Assembly: GCA_004431415.1 (NCBI GenBank)
Contig: QPMI01000116.1
Coordinates: 1 to 64,000, forward strand
Length of the DNA: 64,000 bases
Source: Cyanophora paradoxa CCMP329
Taxonomy: Eukaryota > Plantae > Glaucophyta
Reading direction: 5' to 3'
Notes under the pieces: generated by a model
Told to the model about the DNA's origin: nothing
Databases searched by the model: none
The model's input: only the letters and a program-made list of their open reading frames with translations
Shown: positions 47,789 through 59,469 of the stretch, one piece after another
Numbering within the stretch: the stretch's first letter is position 1
How the letters are laid out: each line of letters begins with the position of its first letter
Position numbers and translations under genes: made by a program

Positions 47789-50582
47789 ATGGATCGATTC
47801 TTCGAGTGGGCCGAGCGCCGCAGGATCCAATTCAAGGCGCTCGAACTCGCCGAATTCCCTGGCATGGGTGATCTCTTCCATAGCTAAGGCGCCGCGGTCG
47901 CGAAGCCCTTGCCGAGCTCGCAGCTAACCGCAGACATCCGCGCGCGCAGGCTACGGGCTGCGCCTGACCCGCGATGTGCGCCCCGGCGAGCTGGTCTTTC
48001 GAAGCCGTGAGGTCTTCTCCGTCAACTGCGTCCTGGGGTCCTCTCCGCTCGGGCGGCGCATCGCACAAGTCCGGTGAGCCTCTGCAGCAGCTGTCACCGA
48101 AGCCTGCGACCTTCGCACTGCGGCAGCTAATGAGCTCTGACCGTGCGCGGCATGCGCAGGGAGCGGGATCGCACCGTCATCGACGACTGGATGACGATCG
48201 CCCTTGGGATCCTGTGGGAGAAGCGCGCGGCCGCGGACGCCGCCGGCGACACGCACTGGGCGCCCTACTTTGACGTGCGCTCGCTCCGCGGAGCTCCCCC
48301 CCCCCCCCCCCCCCTCCTCGAGGCCCCTTTCTGCGCTCCGAGCGCTCCCCGCCGCAGGCCATTCCACAGCGCGTGGAAGTTGCATCCGAGTGGCCCGAGT
48401 GAGCGAACGGAGGCCCTTGCCGTAGCCCGGTCCCCCCACCCCTTCCTCACCTGAGATTCGGCTTCTTCCACCGCAGCGAGGTTCTGAGGCTCACCCGCGG
48501 CTCCGAGCTGCCCCGCATGTGCGCCGTACCCCCTTCCTCCCCGTTTCTTCGTACAGCGTACCCCCCTCCCCGGCTCTGACTCGGCTTCGATCGCAGGGCG
48601 GAGGGGAGGCGGGATCTCTCCCGAAGCGAGTACAGCCTAGCACGCGAGCTGGCGCGTACCCCTCTTCCCCCGCCTCCCCTCTGCACCTGATGTACTTTCC
48701 CCCCCCCCCCCCCCCCCCTCAGGTCCTCTCACCCGTCTTTCCCGAGGCCGTGCGCCCCGCAGACCCTTCCGGTTCCCCGCCTTCGAATGCCTCACGTACC
48801 CCCGGTCTTCTCCGCTCCCCCCTCCCTCCCGAAAATAGGATATCCCGAGCGAGGAGGACTACCGCGCGGCCTACTCTCTCGTCAGCTCTCGCGCCTTCGG
48901 CAGCCCCACCATCTTCGCGCGTACCCCCGCCCCCTCCGTTCTAAAAGACCTTTAACACCGCACCCCCGCGCAGACCGGCGGCGTCCCCGCAATGATACCC
49001 ATGTTCGATCTCGGGAACTACATTCCAGGGGTACGTACACACTTCCGCGACCGGCCTCGATCATCCTTCTGAGCCGTCTGAGCCATCTGAGCCTCGTCTG
49101 AGTCATCTGAGCAGACGAAGAACGTGCTCGGGTTCGGCTCCCAGGAGGCCGAGCTCCACGCGGGGGAGGCCATCGCCGCCGGCGACCAGGCGAGCCAGTA
49201 CCCCCCTTCCTTCCTACTCCCCCACCCACCCCCTGCGCCCGCTTCTTGGCGCCCTGTCAGCCGCTCCCTCCAGCGCCCCCTCTCCCCCACTACGAGGCGA
49301 TTCCCTTTCGGCGCAGCTGCTGGTGAACTACGGGGCGAAGGGGAACGCGGAGCTCGCCCTAGACTTCGGATACTGCGTCCCGGAGTGCGCCCCCGCCCCC
49401 TTACCCCCCTCCCTTCGCCCCCCCCCGCCCCCCCCCCGCCCCCCCCGCCCCCCGTCCCTCTGCGCTGCCCCGATCTAGGCCAGCTCCAGCTCATAGACCG
49501 GCTCCTGGCCTCTCCCTGTTTGGGCCGGGGAGTCGGCCCTGTCCCTGTCCCTCCCCGAGGCCTTGCACGCTGCCGCCTCCTAGCCTCCGCCACCTCCTGG
49601 CCTCTTTGGCGCCGCGCCCCAGGGCCGACCTCAGGGCCTCGAGGCCGAGCGCCCGAGGCCGACTTAGATTCACAATTAGATCTAGAGCGTCCAGCCTCTG
49701 GATCTTGATTAGGTCTAGATCTAGATGCTCTAGATGCCGCGCCGCGCCCCAGGGCCGATCTCGAGGCCGTTCGCGAGCTCGAGCTCGAGCTCGGGCGCCA
49801 TAGATCCTCAAGCGGGGCTGGGGAGCCTTGGCCGTGGAGCCCGCCCCAATCTCTGATCGTGAGCCCCCCTCCGCCACCGCCGCGCGCGCAGGAACCCGTT
49901 CGACTACGTACCCCTCGTCGTGCGGGGGCCCTCGGGCGAGGTTCGACGCGCCGTACCCCGGCCCCCTCCCCGGCTGGATGGCCGAACTCAGCTGTACCCC
50001 GCCGCCCCCGCAGGAGGCCCAGGTGGACCTCACGGCGAAGGGGCCCGACGGGAAGGCCCTCGGGAAGGTCGAGAAGGGTACGCGAATCGCCCGAAGAAAG
50101 AATACCCGCCCATCCCCCCACCCCCCCCCCCCCCCCCCCTTCCGACCCAAGAGTTGACTCTGCGTAGCGCTGGGCCTGTCGAGCCGCCGGCGGGCGGCGG
50201 CTGCGGCCCTCGAGGCGGCCGAGGCGCGCCTCGCCTCGTACATGTCCCCGGATGAGCTCGCGGCGGGGGTACGCGCGCTCCTTCTTCTTCTTCTGTGCCC
50301 CTCTGAAAAACCCGTCGGCCCGGCAGGTCGCTGCGTTCGCATCGGCGAACCCGGAGAGGGCCCACGTCGCCGGTTCGAACCCGCGCCGAAGCTTAAGCTT
50401 AAGCTTAAGCTTAAGCTTAATATATGCTTAATAAGCTTAAGCTTAAGCTTAAGCTTAAGCTCAAGCTGCCCCGCCCGATCGCGATTGATTTGCGGGGCGC
50501 AGAGGCGGCGAGGGTGCTCGTGGAGGGCGAGCGGGCCGTGCTGGAGTCCGCCATGGCGCAGCTCCGCCGCCGCGCCAAGTGA
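47789..50582 (+). CDS. SET-domain lysine methyltransferase, Rubisco-LSMT/SETD3/SETD6-like
   Basis: MDRFFEWA, PGMG-YGL, HWAPYFD-AIP, AAYSLVSSRAF, MIPMFDLGNY, LLVNYGAKGNAELALDFGY, NPFDY, C-terminal EGERAVLE. Confidence 0.85.
50389..50460. repeat. (AAGCTT)n palindromic microsatellite in an intron
   Basis: Two runs of aagctt repeats around a central aatatatgctt stretch. Confidence 0.95.
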
Positions 50583-50638
50583 AGTTAGCAGTGACCTGGT
50601 AACTAATGATCATAAGCAGTGATCATGACTTGGGTAAC

Positions 50639-50755
50639 TCATGATCATGATCCCTGGCTCATGATCATGATCATGATCAGTGCCCCACCCGCCCCCCGCC
50701 CCCGCCCCACCATTAATTGATATCACGGGCTCATGATCATGATCATGATCAGTGC
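50639..50755. repeat. (TCATGA)n palindromic arrays, duplicated
   Basis: ggctcatgatcatgatcatgatcagtgc occurs at ~50656 and ~50728. Confidence 0.9.
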
Positions 50756-51199
50756 ACCTTCCCCCCCCTTCCCTCCTCTCAGCCTATTCCCCTAGCCTAG
50801 TAGGCCTACAGCTACTAGCTGCGGTTTCAACCTTCCTGATTTGCGATTTAGATCGACTAGTTAGTACTAGAAATTCTTTCAAGAGCGTCCTGTTCACGAT
50901 CGAGGCTACCTGCAAAGCTAGCTATGATACCTGTGAGACTACCCGAATGAAACGCTACGGAGCTGGGCTACTCGAGTTTGAGAATGAAGTTAAAAACGTT
51001 GGGATCCCGGGGCCCAGGCGCGGAACGGGACGCGCGGGCCGGGCCGGAGCGGAGTGTGTGAGACGCGGGCGGCGGAAGGGGGCGCGCCGATCTCAGCGCG
51101 CGGCAGAGCGAACGGAATTGAGAGGGAGGTGCGATGGAAGGGCGGCGCGCTGGGAGGAAGCAGGGAAAGAGTCTGAGTCCGAACCGAGCCGAGCCGAGC

Positions 51200-51833
51200 C
51201 TAGAGCCAGGCCGGCTTCACGACGGGCACGCGGACTAGGTCCGTGTCGAACAGCTCCACGAACTGCTCGTTGGAGAGGCGGACCTTGCTCCCCGCGTACC
51301 TGAGGAGGAGGTGAGCGCGGGCGGCGGGCGCGAGCGCGCGGGACGGGGCGGGCGGGAGCGCGCGCGCCTTCGGTACTCTTCGAAGATCGCGGTGAGATTC
51401 CAGCGCTGGAGCTTGCGCAGGCAGCCGATGAGCGTGCCCGTGCGGTGCCGGCCCAGGTTGCACATGACCATGAGCGGGTAGTTCTTCGGGTCGAGGATGA
51501 GGTCGAGCGCCTCCAGAACGACCTGCTCCGAGATCGGCTTCCACGGGTTCGAGTGTCCCTGCGCTCGCCTCAGCGGGCGCACGCGAACGCGCGGGCGATC
51601 GGGCGGGCGGGCGGGCGGCGCGCCTCGCTTCCGAGGTGGTGCAGGGTGATGTCCTGGTCGTCCATGAAATTGATGAACTGCGGCGCGGGCTCGTCCGGCG
51701 CCAAGTAGATGATCTTCTTCAGGTTGAGCTTCTCGAGGAAGGGAAAGTTCAGCTCGTTCGGCTGGCCCGAGCGGTAGAGGTCGTCCTCCACCATCCCGAA
51801 GTTCGGGGGAGGAATGAAGTGCGAGCCCGTCAT
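51200..51833 (-). CDS. OCA1/SIW14-family atypical dual-specificity phosphatase (Y_phosphatase2)
   Basis: FIPPPNFGMVEDDLYRSGQP...[36 protein letters not shown]...EQFVELFDTDLV; three exons, both introns GC-AG. Confidence 0.92.
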
Positions 51834-52149
51834 CGCTAAATGTTTACGCCGCGGGGAAAGCTCGCTGAGCGCCGAGCGATGGCCGCGCTACGCCAGCCGC
51901 GCCGATGTAGTCTGCGTGCGCAGGAGGACGGTGGTGCCGTTCGCTGATGAGACTGCGCGTCTGTGAAGCGCGGTGTTTATCGCTCGCGGCCTCCCAGGGC
52001 CATCCGCACAGTGCCAAGGCAAACGAAGTCGTACCCCAACCGCTACGCCGCGGCGCCGCCGCGTCGCCGCGGCGTAGCAAACGAGAATCAAAGTTCGAGC
52101 GTCTCCGCTCCCGGTCTTAGAGTCGCAGGGAGCTCGAGGACGCAGGCAC

Positions 52150-53500
52150 GGCTGGGGCTCGCCTCGGCTCGCCGGGCGTGGCGGAGGCGCGTGCGGCGGC
52201 GGCGCGGCTCGTCGGGCGGGGCGGAGGCGCGCGCGGCGGCGGCGCGCTCGCCGGGCGTGGCGGAGGCGCGTGCGGCGGCGGCGCGGCTCGCCGGGCGGGA
52301 CGGGGGCGCGGCGGGCGGCGGCGCGGCTCGTCGGGCGGGCGGAGGCGCGCGCGGCGGCGGCGCGGCTCGCCGGGCGGGACGGGGCGCGGCGGGCAGCGGC
52401 GTGGCTCGCCGGGCGGGGCGTAGGCGCGGCGGGTGGCGGCGCTGCTCGTCGGGCGGGCGGAGGCGCACGCGGCGGCGGCGCGCTCGCCGGGCGGGGCGGA
52501 GGCGCAGCGGGCGGCGGCGCGGCTCGCCGGGCGGGGCGGAGGCGCGGCGGGCGGCGGCGCTGCTCGTCGGGCGGGGCGGAAGCGCGGCGGGCGGCGGCGC
52601 GGCTCGTCGGCGGGGCGTAGGCGCGGCGGGCGGCGGCGCGGCTCGCACAGCAGGGCGGAGGCGCGGCGGGCGGCGGCGCGGCTCGCACAGCGGGGCGGAG
52701 GCGCGGCGGGCGGCGGCGCGGCTCGCACAGCGGGGCGGAGGCGCGGCGGGCGGCGGCGCGGCTCGCCGTGCGGGGTGGAGGCGCGGCGGGCGGCTCCCCG
52801 CGGCGCCCGTCCTCCTCCTCGTCCCCGGTGCGAACCGGTACCCCTCTCCCGCATCCGCGCGACGCCATACCCCTGAGAGCGCGCCGCGCCGTGCCGCGCA
52901 GGCCTCGCGGCGGCTCTCGGGACCGGTCCCTGATGCTTCCGCCCCGTCGCCCCCTGCCACCGCGCCTCACCCCGCCTTCACCTCACCACCCCCCGCTTTG
53001 TGCGCGGCCCCGAAATTCTCTCATCGCCACCCCCCCTCTTCCCGCCCCGACAACTTACCCCCAGCATGCGCACAGCGCCTCGGCCACGGGGGGAGGGAGC
53101 GGTACCCCCGGCGCCCCCCTTCGCGGCGGGGTGTTCCCTGGGCGCCAGCCTCCTCGTCCGGTCCGGTACCCCCTTTGTTCCCCCCCCCCCCCCCGGGCGC
53201 CCCTCTTCGAGGGTACCTAGGGGAGGAGGCGGGCGCCTGCCCGCTGGCGGCCGCGGGCCCCGCGAGCCTCGCGGACCCCTTCGACCTGGCGGCCTGCTCG
53301 GAGGCATTAATATTCCGGACGGGTACGGTGCACCGCCTCGTCTACGACCCGCGGCTCGCGTCCGCCATGCGCCGCGTGTTCCTCAGGCGCGCCCGTACCC
53401 CCGCCCCTTCCCGCCCCCCCTCGTCCGATTCTGATGCGTACCCCCCCGGCCCCTCGCAGGAGCCGCGCGCTATTTTAGGAAAGCAGGGACCCGACCTACA
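52150..53500 (+). repeat. Dispersed repeat copy B: 40-bp GC minisatellite (~52150-52795) plus exon-like fragments
   Basis: gcggggcgga recurs at 52491, 52531, 52571; the unit is the reverse complement of the 28.3-29.3 kb unit; downstream FDLAACSEA...MRRVFLRRA. Confidence 0.85.
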
Positions 53501-53697
53501 ACGTACCCCACGCCCTCAAGGTGACCCCTCGCCCCTTACCCCCCCCCCCCCACCCCCGCACACACACACACACACACCACGCTCTTAACGTGACACACAC
53601 ACACACAAAATCAGTTCCTAAACGATGTCGCATCCGGCGCATTGCAGGCGCGAGTTTTCTATCACATCATTGCCAAATGTTGCTGCAGGTGTAGTTC

Positions 53698-56247
53698 TTA
53701 GAACTCCGCCCCATCAATGTCAGCAGGCGCGGCCTCCACCTGCCGTATATACGTACCATGAGTCATGTTCGTGGTCAATCGAATTCGAAGTTAGAGCTTA
53801 ATTATTTATATATAAGGGTCTTCAGCTTAGAGCTTAATTATTTGTATATAAGGGTCTTCAGCTTGAACGCACGGTGGCGAGCACGTGGCCGGCGTCGGTG
53901 AGGAGGTCGGCCTCGAGGGCGTCCAGCTCCGCCTCGTACTCGGCCTGCGCCGGCGCCGCGCAATCGATATTTATATACCGCAATCGGCAGCAGCAGCGCT
54001 AGCAGCACTGCGGCAGCAGCTAAGGGGAATCGCACATCGGCTTCCTGTGCCTCGTCGTCGAGATGAGCCGCCGGTTTCACTTGACAGGTCGCCCCCGTGG
54101 TCGACGCGTTCTTGAATGCCTTGGAAGTGCTCAGTGCAAAGCAAGCCCTGCAAATAAGTTGGTATGTATGTGAGGTGTGCGCGGAAATGTATTCGTACGC
54201 TTGCAATTGCACTTATTAATTAAAATTATAGTTCAAACGCGCGCACGATCGGTGGTATGTGCCGCTCATAGCGGTAGTGCATCTGTCCGACGATCGCGGC
54301 AAAAGACGTTAGTTAGAATCGAAATCTCAGAGTCTCATCGCACGTGCGAGAATACTATGATATATAGTACTCGATTCGGCGAGCTCCTGCAACTTGCTCG
54401 GCGATCGAGGAGCGCTCACGTGGAGTCTGTGTAGCATGTGCCGCATTCGATGGTGTTGTTCACAATTTTCCCATCGATGTTCAGCTTGTACGAGCAACCC
54501 TCATTACCTGCCGGTCTCGTCGCGCTCCCAACTTTGCTAGCCGTGCAAGATCTGCCGGGGGCCGGCGCCGATGAAAGTAAGTCATGATGACGCGTACTAC
54601 GGTATACGTACAAGCGGCATGTGTACGCAGCGCAGCTGCAGTGCTACTGTGATTTACAGACGCACCCAGGGCTGTCGAATGTTCCTAGAAGGTTGCCCTG
54701 CGTTTCAGCGGAACATTAATATTAGCTATAGTCTGATGCATTATAATTAATGACAATTAAATATAAATGCTCGCTGACGCTCGAGCCTGCGTATGTGTTG
54801 CTCACCGAGAGGTTGAAGTCTGAGTAGCAGGTAGTGTCTTGTACGTTCTGAACGGCGGCGTTGCTGGTGGTTTTCGTGGTATAGTTGGCGTTCTGATACA
54901 CTACGGACTTTCCGCCCATCGCAAAGCAGTTGCTGCGATACGAGGTGCAATTATAACGTCAGCGGTGATTCCTTTAAGCACGCTTTAGGTTTAAGCTTGC
55001 AGGCTTGAGCTTGAGCGTCTCATATATGCATTGCACATGGCGCACGTTACGCTGTTCGACGAGACGCCCAGGTTGGTTCCGCCGGCATTGTAATCACTGT
55101 AGCAAGGGCCCTGCGAAACAGTTCTCGTAAATAAAACGATACGCGTACGTGTACGATCAATTGCAAGTGGAAATCAAACACCGAGCAGTACTGCATAGGT
55201 CTACAGTAGTGATTTAATTATTATAAGACAGCAGAGCAGGCAGCAGATCTATTGCTAGATCTAGATTCTGGGAGCAGCAGAGCGAATAGTAGTGATTGCA
55301 TTATAATAAGTTCAAAGTGCGTCATTAGAATGCGTACTTCCGAAGTTCATGCAATCACTTCTCTTTTTTAAACAATAAATTACCTTGCTGGTAATGTTCT
55401 GGCAGGTTGCAGGATTGAACGTGTTTGACTGAGCGTTCCAAGTCTTAACCGACATGGAGTAGCCGTTGACGTCCTGAGTGCATTTCCTGCGCATGCATTG
55501 CGTTGGGTGACGAAATTAGAAGAAGCAGATGGTCATGAGCCCTGGGCCGGGCCCGCCATCCAATAGTCTAATATATACACATGCGCACGTCGGCGTGTCG
55601 ACGGTCGAGTCCAGCTGCGTGGCCGGCGCCCTGCCGTTCCAGGACTCTGTTCCACACCTAAACGTGCTTGTGAGCATTGCGTATACATAAAAAGCTTCAA
55701 GGCTTCAGACACAGAAACTCTATGAATCATGATCACGTGCACACAGAACATTTAGCTTTAGCTAAACCTGTACAGATTGGAATTCGAACGGTCATATAAG
55801 AATGTTGGGAAATCTGACCCGTAGTAGTCGAAGCAGGTGACGAGCGGCTTGTTTAGCCAGCTGACATATTTGTTGGTGCCAGACGTGTACGTCTGCTTCA
55901 CCACCTCGCCTGCAGACGGCCCAGCTCAGAATTACAATATGCCACTGGGCCACGGTTTCGGAAAAGAGCCGGGGTCGCTTATTCTAAACGATTCATCCAA
56001 ATTTAAAAGAGGGGCGGTGTCTTGCCTCCCATGCCCCAGCATGCGCTGCACAGGTGAAGCAACCATAGTCAGCAACCCACGCAAGCTGGACTTCATGAAT
56101 ATAATACGAAATTTCGCAGTCGCACTCTTGGGCCGCGGTGGAGGTGTTCGGAGACGGTGTCACGTTCCCAAGCAACGTCCCCGTTCCGTTGAAGAAAGTC
56201 GAACCGTTGCTAGAGTTTCCGTCATAGCAATCCCACGTGTAGCTCAT
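53698..56247 (-). CDS. Cys/Asn/Thr-rich extracellular-type protein with acidic C-tail (multi-exon; 5' end uncertain)
   Basis: Exons SYTWDCYDGNSSNGSTFFNGTGTLLG, TCFDYYGSDF, GPCYSDYNAGGTNLG, TTCYSDFNLS...GNLLG, CGTCYTDST, ending DDEAQEAD-AEYEAELDALEADLL...-VEAAPADIDGAEF*; many N-x-S/T sequons. Confidence 0.65.
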
Positions 56248-56950
56248 TTTCGAACGTTAACTGCGCCGTACACGCAGCGTGGACAAGATCAGCACAGAAA
56301 AAATAAATATATCTCGAGGATCGGCACATATCCCGCGGGCGGAGATCTAGATCTAGAGCCGGCTCCCGAGACGTGAAGCGAGGCCTAGGTCAAATTAAAC
56401 TTGCGGCGATCGATGTCCACGTACGTGCGCATGCACGGAGACATAAGCGGTTTAATTATAACGTACGCTTAAGCGTCCGAGAAATGTAACGTTAACGTTA
56501 ACGCTTGTAATTAAGCTCGCTGACAACTACGACGTCGACGCCCGGCCGCACCACTGCCCAGCTCAAGAAGTCTATAGCTCAGCGATAACGCCGCGAACGT
56601 AATTCTATGATCGCAGCTCGCCGAGTACTAGTCGCAGAAGCGCACCGGTACCGGCCGGGGACTCCGATCGCGATGCTCTAGATCTATGCGGGTTTGGCGG
56701 AGGCGCTCTAGATCTAGATCTGGGCCTGCACTGGCACCTGCGGCTTCTTGAAGTCCGACCCGACCCTTGAAGTACTAGCTATAGTATCTTGCGAGGAACC
56801 CCCGGCCCGCCGGGCCGGAGACTCCCGATCGAGCTCCCGGGACTCCGGGAGTCCCGGGGACTCGAGCTCCCGCCTCCCGGCCCCGGGGCCCCGAGACTGG
56901 GGGCCCACTGCCCAGTACTAGTGGGGGCCCCACTGGGGGGCAGACCGGTA

Positions 56951-57223
56951 CCGTCGGGCACTAAATTACTGCGGCGTTAATTAACGCGGTTTCAAAAATG
57001 GCACTCCTCTGAGCGAAATACCGCGGTACCAAATTAACGCGGTTTTAAAAATTTGAGGCTTGTATGGGGCAGTAATTTGATGGGGTACTGTATGGGGCGA
57101 CTTCTCAGCAGCAAATTACCGCGGCACCAAATTACCGCGTTTTAACAAACTTTTGGCGCGTTAATTTGGTAGTAAATTGGTACCGCGTTAGTTAAGTGCC
57201 CGCGGTACTTAAGTGCCCTACGG
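56951..57223. mobile_element. TA-flanked MITE (Tc1/mariner/pogo-like)
   Basis: Imperfect TIR CCGTCGGGCACTAAATTACTGCGG / CCGCGGTACTTAAGTGCCCTACGG with TA on both sides; internal AATTA(A/C)CGCG repeats. Confidence 0.7.
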
Positions 57224-57658
57224 TACCACCGTACCGGGCGCCGGCGCGCGCGGCAGTCTGCGGCTACTCCGCCGGGCCGGGCCCGGGGAGTCGCGACTCG
57301 CGATCGCGATCGCGATCGGGGTCCTCGGACCTCGGGCCCGGGGTCCGGGGACCCGGAAATCGGGGCCCCGGGGCCGGCCGCGGGATCGACTCCAGATCCC
57401 GGCCGCGCCGCCGCGGCGCGGGGCCGGGAGGCGGCGCCGGCCGGGCGTCGACGTCGCGGCGGGCCGGGAGGCTGGCGGGAGCCCCATGATGGCCCCATTG
57501 GCCGCCGGCTCAAATTAAATTGCCCATTTTTTTGCATGGTACTGCCGTCACGGCGTCACCGTAGTACCGTGTACTGGACCTACTAGTAGCTATAGTAACG
57601 TCACGGCGTTACAAGTTTATACATGTGAGACGTAGATTGATCTACCAGTAACTAAATT

Positions 57659-57839
57659 CTGTAGGACGGCTATAAATTGCCGAAACTCTGGATTTCTTCT
57701 ATGGCGCCATACAAAAGTGGCCGTTTTTTACTACCCCCTGAGAATTGCCGTGGCTTAAATTTGCCGAATGCGGCCTCTCGGCAATTTACGGCAATTGCAA
57801 TCTAAAACTACGGCTAAAAAAGCTTAAGCCGTCCTACAG
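57659..57839. mobile_element. Small TIR element
   Basis: Perfect 13-bp inverted ends CTGTAGGACGGCT / AGCCGTCCTACAG; internal AATTGCCG repeats; TSD unclear. Confidence 0.55.
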
Positions 57840-58128
57840 TTTTTGAAACACCCGTCTAACATAATAGCCTTACAGTAATAGCCGGCCCGGCGGAGCATGT
57901 CATATGCGCATGCATCCTAGGAGTCAGTCGGGCCGGCGTTAGCGAGCTCGCCGGCGCCGTGCGCATGCAAGCTCCAAAGAGTTCGACCGTCGAACCGGTA
58001 CCGGTACAGGACCAACTTTGTAACCTCCGAGGGCTCTTTGCATGAAAGGTTATCTGGTATTGGTTAGCAATGGCCATGGTTACTCGCGAATTCTCGCGCT
58101 TTAAATTAAAGACGGAGGCTCCACCGTG

Positions 58129-58546
58129 CAGTGTTGTCGTTATAACGTACTTGGGAAAACGGGTCGTTATAACGTGACCGTTATAACGCGTTATAACGGA
58201 TAATGACGCGTTACTTTCGTCATTTTGAATATTATATTATATTAAATATTCATTAAATAAATTCCATTTCCTGCACGGGTACTTCCGCTCGTACGTGACC
58301 GCGGTCTGCCTGTGACCGCCGGCGAGCTTCCGAAGCCTTCCTTACATATACAAACATCTTCTTAGCTATTCTATCATAGTTTTATGTCATAAATGCGTTA
58401 AAATAGGATGAAATACGTGAGTAAAGGGGGGGTGAAGCTCGTTAATAACGACTGTCCGTCATATTGACTGGGGTCGTTATAACGCGTTATTAACGTGACG
58501 TTATAACGTCACTCGTTATAACGGTGACGTTATAACGACAACACAG
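58129..58546. mobile_element. Older hAT-like MITE with GTTATAAC subterminal repeats
   Basis: TIR CAGTGTTGTCGTTATAACGT / ACGTTATAACGACAACACAG (19/20); degenerate TSD CCACCGTG / CCTCCACG. Confidence 0.7.
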
Positions 58547-59469
58547 CCTCCACGGATCGAGCGGGCTTTCTTCGAGGCGCTGATTCGCCGCGGGGCCCGG
58601 AGTCCAGGCCCCGCGGCCGCGCTCGACGCCCCGGCCCCGGCCCGCTAGCGCTACGGTACCCATCCCTGGCATTTCGTTCCCTGCCACGGGAAATAGTACT
58701 ATATAAATATGATAGTCACGGTCACGCCGCACCGGTATACGCCGTGACGTCGGCGCCTAGCCCCAGAACTACGTACTGTAAAACGAGAAATGTCCGGCGG
58801 GAAGCCTAAATTAAAAGCCTAGGCCTCGCAATTTCACTTCAGCATTTGCATATCCTGTGCTCTAGATCTATAGCTAAATTAAAAGGACTGAGAAAAATCG
58901 TTCGAGGCTGAAGCCACGACTGGATTCGGAAACTAGACTCGCTCACACTCGTAAAAAACGATCACTGATCAATTGCAAGCATGTCCTGTGCAATGAAAAA
59001 TGCTAATTATATATAAGAAGTCTCTGAACACGACGTTTGAGATCACTCTGCTCACTCTGCAAACAGCGATCATATTAATGCATTCAGCTGCGCACTGAGA
59101 ACGCTTACGTATACTCTGCAAAAAAAATCATATGCAGCCATGTACTGTGCTATAACACCTAAAGATTGAGAGTCCTGTACATGCGCCGGGACCCAAGGCG
59201 CAGCAACGCGTATACGTTCAATACAACATGAAAGTGCCAGAAAAATGCTGGCAAGAAATGAACTGAAGCCGTCCGATTGTCCTTGTCGACAGCACGAAAT
59301 GCCTGCCCTTATGTAGCTCTCTAAGTTGACCTCTAAAAGGAGAGAAAGTGATTGTAAAAGCGGAAGAAATCTCAGAGAGCTAAATGAGGGCAGGAAATCC
59401 GAGCTGCGAAAACCTCGGGTAGAAATTCGGAGGCGCCAGGTCTAGGCGCCTCGAAAAAGCTGAAAACAG

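Noticed and set aside
53940-54040. Apparent TM helix FPLAAAAVLLALLLPIAVY in ORF 53838-54212
   Set aside because: Falls within a GTGCGA...GCGCAG intron; splicing gives a continuous acidic tail instead.
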